This document shows, piece by piece, positions 33,630 to 44,125 of a stretch of DNA of 64,000 nt. The notes beneath the pieces are model-generated. The model was given only the letters and a program-made list of their open reading frames with translations, was not told where the DNA came from and made no database searches. The DNA is taken from contig CAWKHF010000012.1 of the NCBI GenBank assembly GCA_963849325.1, positions 768,001 through 832,000 on the forward strand, read 5' to 3'. The stretch is from an uncultured Planctomycetota bacterium (GTDB taxonomy: Bacteria; Planctomycetota; Planctomycetia; Gemmatales; Gemmataceae). Each line of letters starts with the position of its first letter. Positions within the stretch are counted from its first letter, which is position 1. The position numbers and the translations under genes were made by a program.

Positions 33630-33669
33630 GAGAGTCCCGATCGTCCGCGGCGCGGCGAAACGAGAGTCC

Positions 33670-33685
33670 TGGCACGTCCCTTGCT
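33670..33685 (+). promoter_or_regulatory. sigma54 (-24/-12) promoter
   Basis: TGGCACG-TCCC-TTGCT matches the TGGCACG-N4-TTGCW consensus. Confidence 0.72.
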
Positions 33686-33862
33686 ACCTGGTAAACGGCT
33701 CCCCCGCTGCCTGAGCCATCGCCGTCGGCAAACGCGGAAGGCGAGGCGATCTCTCCCTGTTACAATGACAGTACGAAGGCGCGGCGAAATCCGTTTGTTC
33801 GGACGCCGCACCGCCTTCGTTGCATTCGTTCGCTGACAGTCGATTGACGGAGGAGGTAGGGA

Positions 33863-33910
33863 ATGGTATCAGTAAAGACGTTGGGATTGCTGACAAGCCG
33901 ATGGCACTGA
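33863..33910 (+). CDS. possible leader/precursor peptide MVSVKTLGLLTSRWH
   Basis: Strong GGAGGAGG RBS 6 nt upstream, in the leader of the aurF-like gene. Confidence 0.3.
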   Translation: MVSVKTLGLLTSRWH

Positions 33911-34050
33911 GCACGGAGCGATCCGGCGCGGCGGAGGCACGACCGGCCCTTTTCGCCAGGATGTCCGGACGAAAAGGTTCGAGCGAACGGAAAACTCTCG
34001 GGACAAGGTGACGCGAAGGGAATCGCACTTGGACCGGCCGGAGCGACGTG

Positions 34051-35042
34051 ATGATTCCCAGCAAGCCAGTCGAGTTGGCCCTCGGGCCCCTGGTACACGG
34101 GCCGCACGACATCCGCGGCGACCGCGATCCCCAGCGCGACCACGATCGCATCGAACGGTTGACGGATTCCTGGCCGACCCGCGCGAACGTGCGCAAGACC
34201 GGGCCGGACCTCACCCTCGACTACGATCCGAGCAAGCCCGACTTCCTGACCGAGTTGCTGCCGTTTTACGACCACCCTCTCTTCGCGAGCGCTCCCGAAC
34301 CGTACCGGCAGGCCGCCCTGTCGTGCGGTTGGATCGCCTATAACGAGAAGACGGTGGCGATCGAATCCAAGATCGTCTCGCCGGCGTGCATGCACCTGAT
34401 CGACGGCGACCTCGTTGGTTTCCCGCGCCACCAGTACCGACCGGCGGTTTCGCAGGCCCTCGTCGATGAGTCCTATCACGTCCTGCTCGTCGTCCAGGCC
34501 AACAACGTGACCCGGCAGCGGCGCGGCTTGCACGACATGACGGTGCCTTCGTTCGAGTTGGTCTCCCACATGCAGCGGCAGCAGGACAAGCACCCGGAGC
34601 GGTGGAAGAAAATCCTCATCCAACTGGCCACCGCCGTCGTCTCGGAAGTGCTCGTCAGCGAATACCTCCGTCTGCTGTCGGATGCTCCGGGCATCCAGCC
34701 GCTCAACCGCATCACCACCGAGATCCATCGCCGCGACGAGGCGGCCCACAATGGCCTGTTCAAGAGCCTGGGAGCGGTGATTTATCACGGTCTGAGCCGC
34801 AAGGAAAAAGAGTTTTTCGTCGAGGCGCTGACGCAGCCCTCGATCTGGTTCGCCAGTCCGGAGTTGGACGTGTGGGAGTCCATGCTGCGGCAAATTGATT
34901 TCCCGGCGCCGAGCCGATGATCGCCGACTGCCGAGCGCAGCGACGAGCGAAGGGCATCCGCCTCGACCTGGGTACGCTCGACACGCTTTTCGAGGATCTG
35001 GGCGTGGAAAACAACCTTCGGTCGCGGGCCTATCCGACTTGA
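34051..35042 (+). CDS. AurF-family diiron N-oxygenase (frameshift ~34903)
   Basis: W..RA.V, LLPFYDHPLF, WIAYNEKTVAIE, QALVDESYH, VSE, IQP..ITTEIHRRDEAAH; all seven AurF-type ligand positions present. Confidence 0.9.
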
Positions 35043-35045
35043 AAT

Positions 35046-35110
35046 TCGGCGAGCGGGGGCGTCAGCCCCCTGTTGGAAGAAACAGGGAGCTGACGCCCCT
35101 CGCTCGCCGA
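35046..35110. repeat. REP-like palindrome, family C (TCGGCGAGCGGGGGCGTCAGCCCCCTG...)
   Basis: Long imperfect hairpin between the aurF-like and asnB-like genes. Confidence 0.8.
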
Positions 35111-35138
35111 CTGCTACCTCAACGAAGCGAGATATCTT

Positions 35139-37135
35139 ATGTGTGGAATCGCAGGTGCGTTCGATCTGACCGGCCGGCGGGAGTTTCCCGAGGAGCGCCT
35201 GTTGCTCATGACCGGGGCCTTGGCGCACCGGGGACCCAATGACGAGTACGTCCACTGTGAGCCGGGAGTCGCCCTCGGCGTTCGCCGCCTGTCGGTCATC
35301 GACGTGGCCAACGGTCGGCAGCCGCTGTCCAACGAGTCCGGCGACGTTCTGGGTGGCCTACGAAGGCGAGCTGTACGAGTACCCCGACCTCCGCGCGCAA
35401 CTGCTGGCGCGCGGCCATCGGCTGTTGACGCACTGCGACACCGAGGCGTGGGTCCACCTGTACGAAGACCTCGGCGAAAAGGTCTTCGCGCAGGCGCACG
35501 GCCAGTTCGGCGTTTCGCTGTGGGACCGCAACCGCCGCACCGTATTTCTCAGCCGCGATCGCATCGGCATCAGCCCGCTGTTCTACGCCGAGGCGGACGG
35601 CTGGCTGCTGTGGGCTTCCGAGATCAAGAGCCTGCTCGCTTCCGGTCTGATTTCCGCCCGGCCGGACGTGCGCGGACTGGACTATTTCTTCAACTTCTTC
35701 TGCCTGCCGACGAGGCGCACGGCTTTCGAGGGCGTCCATTCGCTGCCGCCGGGCCACTACCTCCGCGCTCACGAGGGCCGGCTGACGCTCCAGCGTTACT
35801 GGGACCTCGATTTCCCCGATCGCGGAACGGAGCGCCGCTATGGCAACGACGACAAGGCGGCCGAGGACCTGGAGTCCGTGCTGCGCGGCGCCGTCCGCCG
35901 CCGGCTGTGCGGCGAGGTGCCTCTCAGCTGCTACATCAGCGGCGGACTCGATTCGACGATCATTCTCGGACTCAGCTCGCAGGAGAAAGGCGAGCCGATC
36001 CCGTCGCTCACCATCAGCCTCAACCGTTCCGGTCCCGCCGACGAGCGCAGCAAGGCGGAGGAGTCGGCCCACTACCTCGGCTCGAAGCTGACCGCGGTGA
36101 CGGTGACGCCGGCCGACCTCATCAACCATTTCCCGGACGTGATCCTCGGCGCGGAAGGCCCGGTGCTGGACACGTCCTGCGTGGGGACGCTGATGCTGGC
36201 CGCGGCCAACCGCCAAGCGGGCAACATCGTCGCCCTGACCGGCGAGGGGGCCGACGAGGCGCTGGCCGGTTACGTCTGGTTCAAGTGGAACCCCTTCCAG
36301 CGATTCGCCGGCTACTCCGGCCGATTTGTCGCCCTATCCATGCTGATTGGCGGCGGTAGGGCGCACCGTCCGTCGTATCGCGGCACCGGCGGCGTCCGCA
36401 CCGCGCAGCAGATCGCCTGGGAATTCATGGCCCAGAGCCGCGAACGGCTCTACACTCCGGCGATGTGGCAGCGACTGGATGGCCACTCCGCTTACGACGA
36501 CGTCTCGGTTGCCCGAGCGCATCCAGCGCTGGCACACCCTCAACCAGTCGCTGTACCTGAGCTATCAGATCATGTTGCCGGGCCTGCTCATGGCCGCCAA
36601 GGGAGATCGGGCAACGCGCTTTTCCGCCACGGAGGGGCGTTATCCCTTCCTCGACGAGCGTGTGGTGGAGTTCTGCGCCGGCCTGGCGCCGCGCTACAAG
36701 CTGCGCGGCTGGACGGACAAATGGCTGCTTCGCCGCGTGGCGTCGCGCGTGCTGCCGCCGCCTATCGCCCGTCGCAGCAAGACCATGTTCCGCGCCAACA
36801 TGGGTCGGGGGTTCGTTGGCCCGGATCGGCCTCGCTGGGTGGACCAGCTGCTCAGCCCCGAATCGCTGAAGGCGACCGGCTACTTCGATTTCGCGGCGGT
36901 GCAATTGGCCCGCGCGGTGCAGTTGCAAAAGCCGCTGCGGTCGCTGTATCGCTTCTCGCTCGACATGGGACTGATCGGCGTCATCGCCACGCAACTGTGG
37001 CACCACCAGTATTGCGGCGGCGGCCTGTGCGAGTTGCCTACCTGGACGCCGCCCGACCTGACGAAGACGCGGCTTTATGGTAAGCTGGAGGCGCCGATCC
37101 CCACCGAGGGACGGGCCGCGACCATTGCCGTGTGA
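35139..37135 (+). CDS. asnB: asparagine synthase-like glutamine amidotransferase (frameshifts ~35346, ~36512)
   Basis: MCGIAG (Cys1), HRGPN, RRLSVID..GRQP, CDTE, RDRIGISPL, SGGLDS, TGEGADE, EGRYPFLD. Confidence 0.9.
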
Positions 37136-37158
37136 GACATTCTTCCGACAAGCTGACA

Positions 37159-37207
37159 AGCCCGGAGCGCTAGCGACGGGGGAGACCCATCGCTAGCGCT
37201 CCGGGCT
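37159..37207. repeat. REP-like palindrome (family A variant AGCCCGGAGCGCTAGCGA)
   Basis: 18-bp perfect arms. Confidence 0.82.
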
Positions 37208-37222
37208 AGTATTCTTAACCCT

Positions 37223-38359
37223 ATGTCGATGCGCCGGCCGTATTCGCTGAAAATCCTCTGGCACGGGCGCAACCGCTTCTTGCCGGCGGTCCTCGCCGTC
37301 TCCTTCAGCGCCGTGCTCATCGCCGTGCAGTTCGGCGTGCTGCTGGGAACGCTGGCCGTCACCTCCAAGCCCATCGATCACGCTTCCGCCCAGATCTGGA
37401 CCGGCATTCGCGGCGTGCCGAGCATCGAGTTGGGCCATCCCATCCCCGACTCGTGGCTCTATCGCCTCCAGGCCCAGCCGGAGATCGAAGACGTGGAGAC
37501 GTACCTGTACGAATTCGTCTACTGGCACAAGCCGGCCGGCGGCGCCGTCCACTGCTGCATCATCGGTGTCCATCTCGAACGCTCCTCGCTGGGCGCGGTG
37601 CGCGACCTGACGCCCGCGATGCGCACCCTGCTGACCGAGCCGGGGGCCGTCGTCGTCGATGGCATGGAGCTGGACCGGCTGGGCCTGACGCACGGCGTCG
37701 GCGAGACCGCCGAGATCATGGGCCACAAGGTCCGCATCGTGGGACTGGTCCAGGGTTTCAAGAGTATTTGGGGTCCGTATGTCTTTTGTTCCATGCAGAC
37801 GGCGCGAATGGTCCTGTCGCAGTTTCAACCCGACCAGACGCAATATCTGCTGGCCCGCTGCCGCCGCGGGGCGGACGTGCCGGTCGTCGTCGAGCGTTTG
37901 GGCCGCAAGTATCCGGAGATGACCGTCGTGGCGCAGGAGGACTTTTCGCTACAGACGCGCTGGTACTGGCTGACGCGGACGCGGGTCGGCATCGCCCTGG
38001 GACTGACGTCGGTGCTGGCCCTGATCGTCGGCCTGGTGATAACCAGTCAGACGCTGTACGCGGCCACGGCGGCGTCGCTGCGCGAGTACGCCGTGCTGCG
38101 GGCGCTGGGTCTGCCGCGCTGGCGCATCTCGGCGCTGGTGCTGGCGCAGTCGTTCTGGATCGGCCTGGGCGGCGTGGCCACGTCGCTGCCGGTCGCCGTC
38201 GTTGTGGCGCGGGTTGCCGGCCTCATCGGCGCCGAGGTCCAGCTGCCCCCGTGGCTGCTGGCGGGTACGATAATCGTGACCATGCTCATCGCCCTGGTCT
38301 CCGGTTTCCTGGCCCTGCGCTCGCTGCGCCTGGTGGAGCCGGCCAACTTGTTGCGTTGA
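37223..38359 (+). CDS. ABC exporter permease (FtsX/DevC-like)
   Basis: N-terminal TM, large extracytoplasmic loop, QTLYAATAASLREYAVLRALG, three C-terminal TMs. Confidence 0.88.
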   Translation: MSMRRPYSLKILWHGRNRFLPAVLAVSFSAVLIAVQFGVLLGTLAVTSKPIDHASAQIWTGIRGVPSIELGHPIPDSWLYRLQAQPEIEDVETYLYEFVYWHKPAGGAVHCCIIGVHLERSSLGAVRDLTPAMRTLLTEPGAVVVDGMELDRLGLTHGVGETAEIMGHKVRIVGLVQGFKSIWGPYVFCSMQTARMVLSQFQPDQTQYLLARCRRGADVPVVVERLGRKYPEMTVVAQEDFSLQTRWYWLTRTRVGIALGLTSVLALIVGLVITSQTLYAATAASLREYAVLRALGLPRWRISALVLAQSFWIGLGGVATSLPVAVVVARVAGLIGAEVQLPPWLLAGTIIVTMLIALVSGFLALRSLRLVEPANLLR

Positions 38360-38376
38360 GGGACGATCTGATAGCT

Positions 38377-38471
38377 CCCCTCTCCCCCGAAGTGGGGGAG
38401 AGGGGTTGGGGGTGAGGGGGAGTGCGGCCCCCTCACCCCCAACCCCTCTCCCCCACTTCGGGGGAGAGGGG
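38377..38471. repeat. REP-like composite palindrome, family D (CCCCTCTCCC..GGGAGAGGGG doublet)
   Basis: 44-bp perfect inverted arms, each with an internal hairpin. Confidence 0.9.
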
Positions 38472-38498
38472 CTTCGCGGAGAGCCTCTGAGAACCTAA

Positions 38499-39221
38499 AT
38501 GGTCCAGCCGGACGTAACCATCTCGGCGACGAAGCTCAGCCGCGCTTTCGGCAGTGGCGAGGCGCGGACGCTGGCCGTGCGCGAGGCGTCGCTGGAGTTG
38601 CGGGCCGGCGAGATGTCGCTGTTGATGGGTCCGTCGGGCAGCGGCAAAACGACCCTGCTGGCGATGCTGTCCGGCCTGCTGCGGCCCGACAGCGGACAGG
38701 TGGCCGCTCTGGGCGGCGACTTGTGGCGCATGTCCGACGAGGAGCGCGAGTCCTTTCGCCTTCGTCACTGCGGCTTCATTTTTCAAGGGTCCAATCTCAT
38801 GCCCGCCCTGAATGCCCGCGACCACCTGGAGATGGTGCTGCGCTGGGGCACGCGAATGCCGTGGGCCGAGGTGAAGCGGAAAGTGACGGACATGCTCGCC
38901 CTGCTGGGCCTGGCTTCCAAGGCGGACCTTCTGCCCGAACATCTCTCCGGCGGAGAGAAGCAGCGCGTCGCCATCGGCCGCGCACTCATCAAGCAGCCGG
39001 ACCTGTTTTTCGCCGACGAGCCGACCAGCGCCCTCGACTGGGAGCACGGCCGGCACGTGGTCGAGTTGCTGCGCGAGACGGCCCACGGCGGCGCCACCGT
39101 CGTCATGGTCACGCACGATTCACGGATTCTTCCCTACGCCGACCGCGTTTATCAGCTGGAGGACGGCCGGCTGCGCGGCGCGAGTGTACCGGCGAACCCG
39201 GCGGTCATGGGTGCCTCATGA
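38499..39221 (+). CDS. ABC transporter ATP-binding protein (DevA/LolD-like)
   Basis: GPSGSGKTT, LSGGEKQRVA, FADEPTSALD, VTHD. Confidence 0.95.
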   Translation: MVQPDVTISATKLSRAFGSGEARTLAVREASLELRAGEMSLLMGPSGSGKTTLLAMLSGLLRPDSGQVAALGGDLWRMSDEERESFRLRHCGFIFQGSNLMPALNARDHLEMVLRWGTRMPWAEVKRKVTDMLALLGLASKADLLPEHLSGGEKQRVAIGRALIKQPDLFFADEPTSALDWEHGRHVVELLRETAHGGATVVMVTHDSRILPYADRVYQLEDGRLRGASVPANPAVMGAS

Positions 39222-40301
39222 ACATGAAAAAACTTCTCTTATTCCTGGGCATCATCATCTTGCTCGTCGGCGTCGGCGGCGCGGGCTGGATCGGCCAACC
39301 ACTTCTGGGGCCCTGCGATGCAGCCAACGGGTGTCGGCGGCGAACCGAGCAAGGCCGACGACGGCGCCGACGCGGAGGGCGTGGTCTGCACCGGCTACGT
39401 CGATCTGGAGCACGGCGTCCGCTCCTTGGCCCCCCTTCGGCCGGGCCGTGTCGCAGAGGTGTTCGTGCAGGAAAATCAGCACGTCGAGGCCGGCGCACAC
39501 CTGCTCCGGCTAGAGGACGAGGACGCGAAAAGACAGGTGGAGGAGGCGGAATCGGCGCTGGAATCCGCGGAGGTTCAGATGGAGCAATCCCGCAAGCTCG
39601 CCGAGCAGCAGCGGGCGCGCCTGGCCCAGCAGCAGGCCGCCATCGACGCCGCCGCCTTCCGCCTCGACGCGGCGCGGCAGATGCTCCAACAGCGCAACGA
39701 GGAACAGCTCAAGAACCTGGTGAGTCGTCGGGACGTCGAGGTGACTCGCGACGAGGTGAAAGCCCTCGAAGCGCAGGAGCGTGCCGAGCGCGAGAAGCTG
39801 GCCGAACTAAAGACGATCGATCCCAACCTGTTCGAGCGCAAGGCGCGGGCCGAGGTGAAGCTGGCACGGGTGCGGCGCGACCGTGCCCGGCACCAGCAGA
39901 AGGAATGTACCCTGAAAGCTCCGACGGCGGGGACGGTCCAGCGCGTGTCGGTGGGCGCCGGCGATGTCGTGACCGGCAACCCGACTCAGACGATTATCCG
40001 CTTCTGCCCGGACGAGACGCCGCTGATCCGCGCGGAGGTGAATCAGGAATTCGCCGATCGCGTTCGGGAGGGGCAGACGGCGCTGATACGGGACGATGCG
40101 CGATCCGGGACCAGCTGGCGCGGCAAAGTCTGGCGCATGGCCGGATGGTACGAGCGGCGGCGGCCGAACTCCGAAGATCCTTCCGCCTACGTGGACGTGC
40201 GAACGGTCGAATGTCTCCTCACGATCGATCCGGGCCAGCCGCCCTTGCGCCTCGGCCAGCGCATGCGCGTGATGATCGGCGTCGTGCCCGCCGAGCGTTG
40301 A
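39218..40301 (+). CDS. HlyD/DevB-like membrane fusion protein (frameshift ~39312)
   Basis: ATGA overlap; N-terminal TM; PGRVAEVFV lipoyl half, coiled coil, LKAPTAGTV, LRLGQRMRV. Confidence 0.88.
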
Positions 40302-40314
40302 GACAAAGAACCTC

Positions 40315-40383
40315 TCGTTTCGCCGCGACGCGCAGCGGAGCGCGGGACTCTCCCGCGCTCCGCTGCGCGTCGCGGCGAAACGA
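40315..40383. repeat. REP-like palindrome, family B
   Basis: Arms identical to 13366..13434; between convergent genes. Confidence 0.92.
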
Positions 40384-40394
40384 ATCACTGCTTC

Positions 40395-42135
40395 TCAGCC
40401 GAATTGCACGGCAGGCACGGCGTCGGCATCCCATTCTTCGTCGCGCGCCTCGCGCACCAGGGACATCACGCGCCACGTTCCGTCGCCCTGGAGCCGCAAT
40501 ACCATGTCGTGATATTCGAGCAGCCCCTGGTCCGGCCCCACGCTGACGTAGGTGATCGAGGTCCGCGAAAGCAGATCGTAGAGATGTCGCGCCTTGGCGG
40601 AGTCCAGGGCGCTGGCCGACTCATCGAGGAAGGCAAAGTCCGGCTCGGCGAGGAGGAGGCGCGCGAAGGCGAGACTCTGCTGCTCGCCCAGGGAGAGCAC
40701 CGCCCCCCAGTCTCGGCGTTCGGTATCCAGGCCGCCGACGCGCTCCAGCACCGCTTGGAGCTGTACGTCCTTCAGCACGGCCAACAGCCGTTCGTCGGAG
40801 ACGGTCGTGTCTCCCGGCAGCGTATACAACAGTTGAGCGCGGAGGGAGCCGAGCGTCAGGTAGGGCTGTTGCGGCAGGAACATCATGCTGCTCCAGCGGC
40901 GGCCGCACGATGCGCCCCTGTCCCTCCTTCCACAGCCCGGCCGTGGCCCGCATCAACGAAGTTCGCCCCGAGCCGTCCGGTCCCACAATCAGCAAGCGCT
41001 TCCCCAGCGGCAGTTCCAGCGACAGCCCCTCGACGAGCAGCCTTCCGTCGTCCGGGGTAGCCAGCGTCAGCCCATCATAGGCCAGGCGCGCCTCGTCCTC
41101 GACGACCTCGATGGACAACTTGGCCGTCTCCGGCGCGTCGTCGGTCGCCTCATAGAACGCCCCGAGGCGCTCGACGACGGCGGCGAACGTGGTGATGCGC
41201 TGGAACTCCTTGACGATGAGCGAGAACGCATCGAGCACGAAGTTGAAGCCCACCTGCGCCTGGGCCACCTGGCCGAACTCGATCTGGCCGCGAATGTACA
41301 AGGGCACGGTAATCAGCACCGGAATCAGCTGGGTCATGTAGCCGTACCAGGACGTGAAGAAGCCCAGGTTGCGGTTGACGCCGATGATGACGCGCCAGTT
41401 CTCCAGTGCCTTCTGCAAGCAGTAGCGCACGCGGCTATTTTCCTTCGGCTCGCCCTGGTGCAGGGCGACCGGGTCCGCATGTTCGCGTACGCGGATGAGT
41501 TCATAGCGGAAGTCCGCTTCCTTCTTGAACTGCTGCACGTCCAGGCCGACCAGGCGCCGTCCCAGCACGACCGTCATGAGGGTGCCGAAGGCGGCGTAGC
41601 CGACCGCACCGACCAGCAGCCAGGGCGTGATCGACCACAGGACGCCCGCGAAGCCGGCCAGCGCGACGGTGGCGTTAACCAATATGAGGACAATGGAGAG
41701 CGTATTCGTGGTGAAAGTCTTGACGTCCTCGGAGATACGCTGATCGGGGTTGTCGAGTTGGCCCGTCGTCTTGATGCGGTGGTAGGCGCGGTTGGCGAGA
41801 TAGCGGTCGGTGAGGTGACGGGTAAGCCAGCTCCGCCAGCGCAGGCCGAGCATTTCCTCGGTGAAGCGAAGGAAGGTGGCGACCACGGCGGACAGGGCGA
41901 ACACCCCGCCATAAAGGAGGGCGAGGTGGCAGACCTGGTCCGACTTCCGTTCGGTGGCGGACGTGATCAGGTCGCCATAGACGTAACTGTTGCGGATGTC
42001 GAGTCCCTTGACGACGAAAACGAGGGTGAGGAGCAGGGCGAGCAGTCCGATGCCCCACTTTCCCGCGTCGGACTTGAAGAAGGGCGTGGTGATCCGAATA
42101 AAGCGCGCCCACCGACTCCGGCCATTCGACCTCAT
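40395..42135 (-). CDS. fused ABC transporter, YddA/SbmA-BacA (ABCD-like) (frameshift ~40887)
   Basis: WRSWLT, DNPDQRISED, EADFRYEL, FLPQQPY, LSLGEQQ, LDESASALD. Confidence 0.9.
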
Positions 42136-42661
42136 CCGTGTCTCCTCCCCGGGCCACTCGGGCCTCGATTGCTACCGATTGGTTCTCGCCGCCACGCTGC
42201 ACGCCACAGGCTTCCGAACCGGAAACGTCCTCCGCAAAGACCGAGAAAAAGCACCGGACGAACCCCTGCCCTCGGTCCAGGAGCGGTTCGTCGTTCGATA
42301 GGCAGATAACCTCTTCACGCCCGCCGAGACGGCGGGACGGATTTCGGGCGCGAGGCGTACAAACCCGGAGGGAACGGGAGGGTCTGATGGGCACGACCGG
42401 GGGAGCGATCCCCGGCGCATCGGGCGGGAGTCAAGCAGCTGCCTCTCCTCTCCAGGAGTGGGCCGGGTCCGTCGGCCGATCTCCTCCCATCCTGTCAAAT
42501 GGGCTGTCCGCGAAAGTGAAATCAATTGTACCAGCCGTCCGAGCCGGTGGGAATCGGAAATTTACGATTTTTTCGAGCGTCTTAATAGCTCATACTCAGC
42601 CGTTTTGAGACGATTTGCCTCTCCGCGACTCGACGGAACTGTCCTTCCAGGCGACGAGCGA

Positions 42662-42677
42662 CGGCACGAGCCTTGCA
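42662..42677 (+). promoter_or_regulatory. sigma54 (-24/-12) promoter
   Basis: CGGCACG-AGCC-TTGCA, ~85 nt upstream of the small ORF. Confidence 0.62.
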
Positions 42678-42761
42678 CGAAAATGTCTGAGTTGATCGTG
42701 GTCTTTCAGGCCGAGAAAGGCGGCCGCGGTGTGGATTTCTCCGCACCGGAACAAGAAAACC

Positions 42762-42968
42762 ATGCCAAAGCACAAGAAAGACAAACACGCCCAGAGCGTC
42801 AACCAAGGTGTTGGGGCCAAGCAGGCAGTCAACCCGGTGGTATCCGGCGTTCAGCAGGCCGTGAGTAAGGACAACAAGGCATTCCAGCAGCACGACGCCA
42901 GCAACCGGCTCGGCGACTACGAGGGCACCGGCAATCATGCCCGTACCGGCAACCGAGGCCACCAGTAA
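42762..42968 (+). CDS. small hydrophilic hypothetical protein
   Basis: 68 aa rich in Gly/Gln/Asn/His/Lys; preceded by a sigma54 motif and followed by a perfect hairpin. Confidence 0.6.
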   Translation: MPKHKKDKHAQSVNQGVGAKQAVNPVVSGVQQAVSKDNKAFQQHDASNRLGDYEGTGNHARTGNRGHQ

Positions 42969-42994
42969 GGGACCGTCTCGAATTCCCTTCCTCG

Positions 42995-43042
42995 TTTCGC
43001 GTCGGCTCGACGGGCCGCGCGGCCCGTCGAGCCGACGCGAAA
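42995..43042. repeat. perfect 48-bp palindrome (family B-related termini)
   Basis: TTTCGCGTCGGCTCGACGGGCCGC|GCGGCCCGTCGAGCCGACGCGAAA, no spacer. Confidence 0.9.
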
Positions 43043-43063
43043 TTCGTGGCAGCGAGGACGAGC

Positions 43064-44026
43064 ATGAACTTCGCCTCCGAGACAGCGGCCGGGTGGGAAC
43101 ACCGGGACGCGACGGTCAACGGTGTGCACCTGCACTATGTCGAGGCCGGGTCGGGACCGCTGGTCGTCCTGCTGCACGGCTTTCCGGAGTTCTGGTACTC
43201 GTGGCGGCACCAACTCCCCGCTCTGGCTGCGGCCGGCTTCCGCGTACTGGCTCCGGACCTGCGCGGCTACAATCTCTCCGACAAGCCACCTGGCGTTCCC
43301 GCCTACCGGATGGACGTTTTGTTGGAAGACGTGGCCGGTCTGATCCATCACGCGGGAGAGTCTCGGGCCGCTGTCGTCGGGCACGACTGGGGCGGCGTCC
43401 TCGCCTGGCACCTGCCTCCGCGCTACCCGGAGATGGTGGATCGGCTCATCATTCTCAATGCACCCCACCCGGCGGCGTACCGGCGCGAGATGCGGTCCTG
43501 GCGACAACTGCTGAAGTCGTGGTACGTGTTTCTGTTTCAGGTGCCCGGCTTGCCGGAGCAGATGTTCTGCGCCGGCGACTATGATCTCGTCGGCCGAATG
43601 TTGCGTCGCCAACCCGTACACCGCGAGGCGTTCACGCCGGAGGACATCCGCTGCTACAAGCAAGCACTCGCTCGTCCCGGCGCCTTGACTGCGGCCCTCA
43701 ATTACTATCGCGCCCTGCGCTACCCAATGGCCCATGCGGGAGGCGAGCCTTCGCTTATCTCCGTGCCCACGCTCCTGCTCTGGGGCGAGCAGGATCCGTA
43801 CCTCAGTCCTCGACTGACGGAGGGTCTACAGTCGTGGGTATCCGATCTCCGCGTTGTGCGTTTCCCCGACGCCAGCCACTGGGTCCAGAATGACGCGCCC
43901 GAGCGCGTGAACCGTCTGATGATCGATTTCCTCCGCGACCTGCCGATACCGCGTCTGGAGCAGACCGCTCCCGCTGCCTGCACCTCGGAACCGCAAGCCG
44001 CACGGGCGCACCTTGTCAACGCCTAG
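43064..44026 (+). CDS. alpha/beta hydrolase, epoxide hydrolase-like
   Basis: LLHGFPEFWYSWRHQ, DLRGYNLS, GHDWGG, WGEQD, ASHWVQ. Confidence 0.92.
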   Translation: MNFASETAAGWEHRDATVNGVHLHYVEAGSGPLVVLLHGFPEFWYSWRHQLPALAAAGFRVLAPDLRGYNLSDKPPGVPAYRMDVLLEDVAGLIHHAGESRAAVVGHDWGGVLAWHLPPRYPEMVDRLIILNAPHPAAYRREMRSWRQLLKSWYVFLFQVPGLPEQMFCAGDYDLVGRMLRRQPVHREAFTPEDIRCYKQALARPGALTAALNYYRALRYPMAHAGGEPSLISVPTLLLWGEQDPYLSPRLTEGLQSWVSDLRVVRFPDASHWVQNDAPERVNRLMIDFLRDLPIPRLEQTAPAACTSEPQAARAHLVNA

Positions 44027-44048
44027 TGCAAGATCCAGCGACCCTCTT

Positions 44049-44103
44049 TCCGAGCCTGAAGCGTAAGCGAAGGGCATGTCTTCGCTTACGCTTCAGGCTC
44101 GGA
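44049..44103. repeat. REP-like palindrome, family A
   Basis: Near-identical to 572..624. Confidence 0.92.
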
Positions 44104-44125
44104 CAAGATCTCGCTTGTCCTATCG

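Noticed and set aside
35139-37135. AsnB-like gene as a lasso peptide cyclase
   Set aside because: It retains the Cys1 glutaminase domain; no B1/B2 (RRE/transglutaminase-like) genes and no lasso-type precursor are visible
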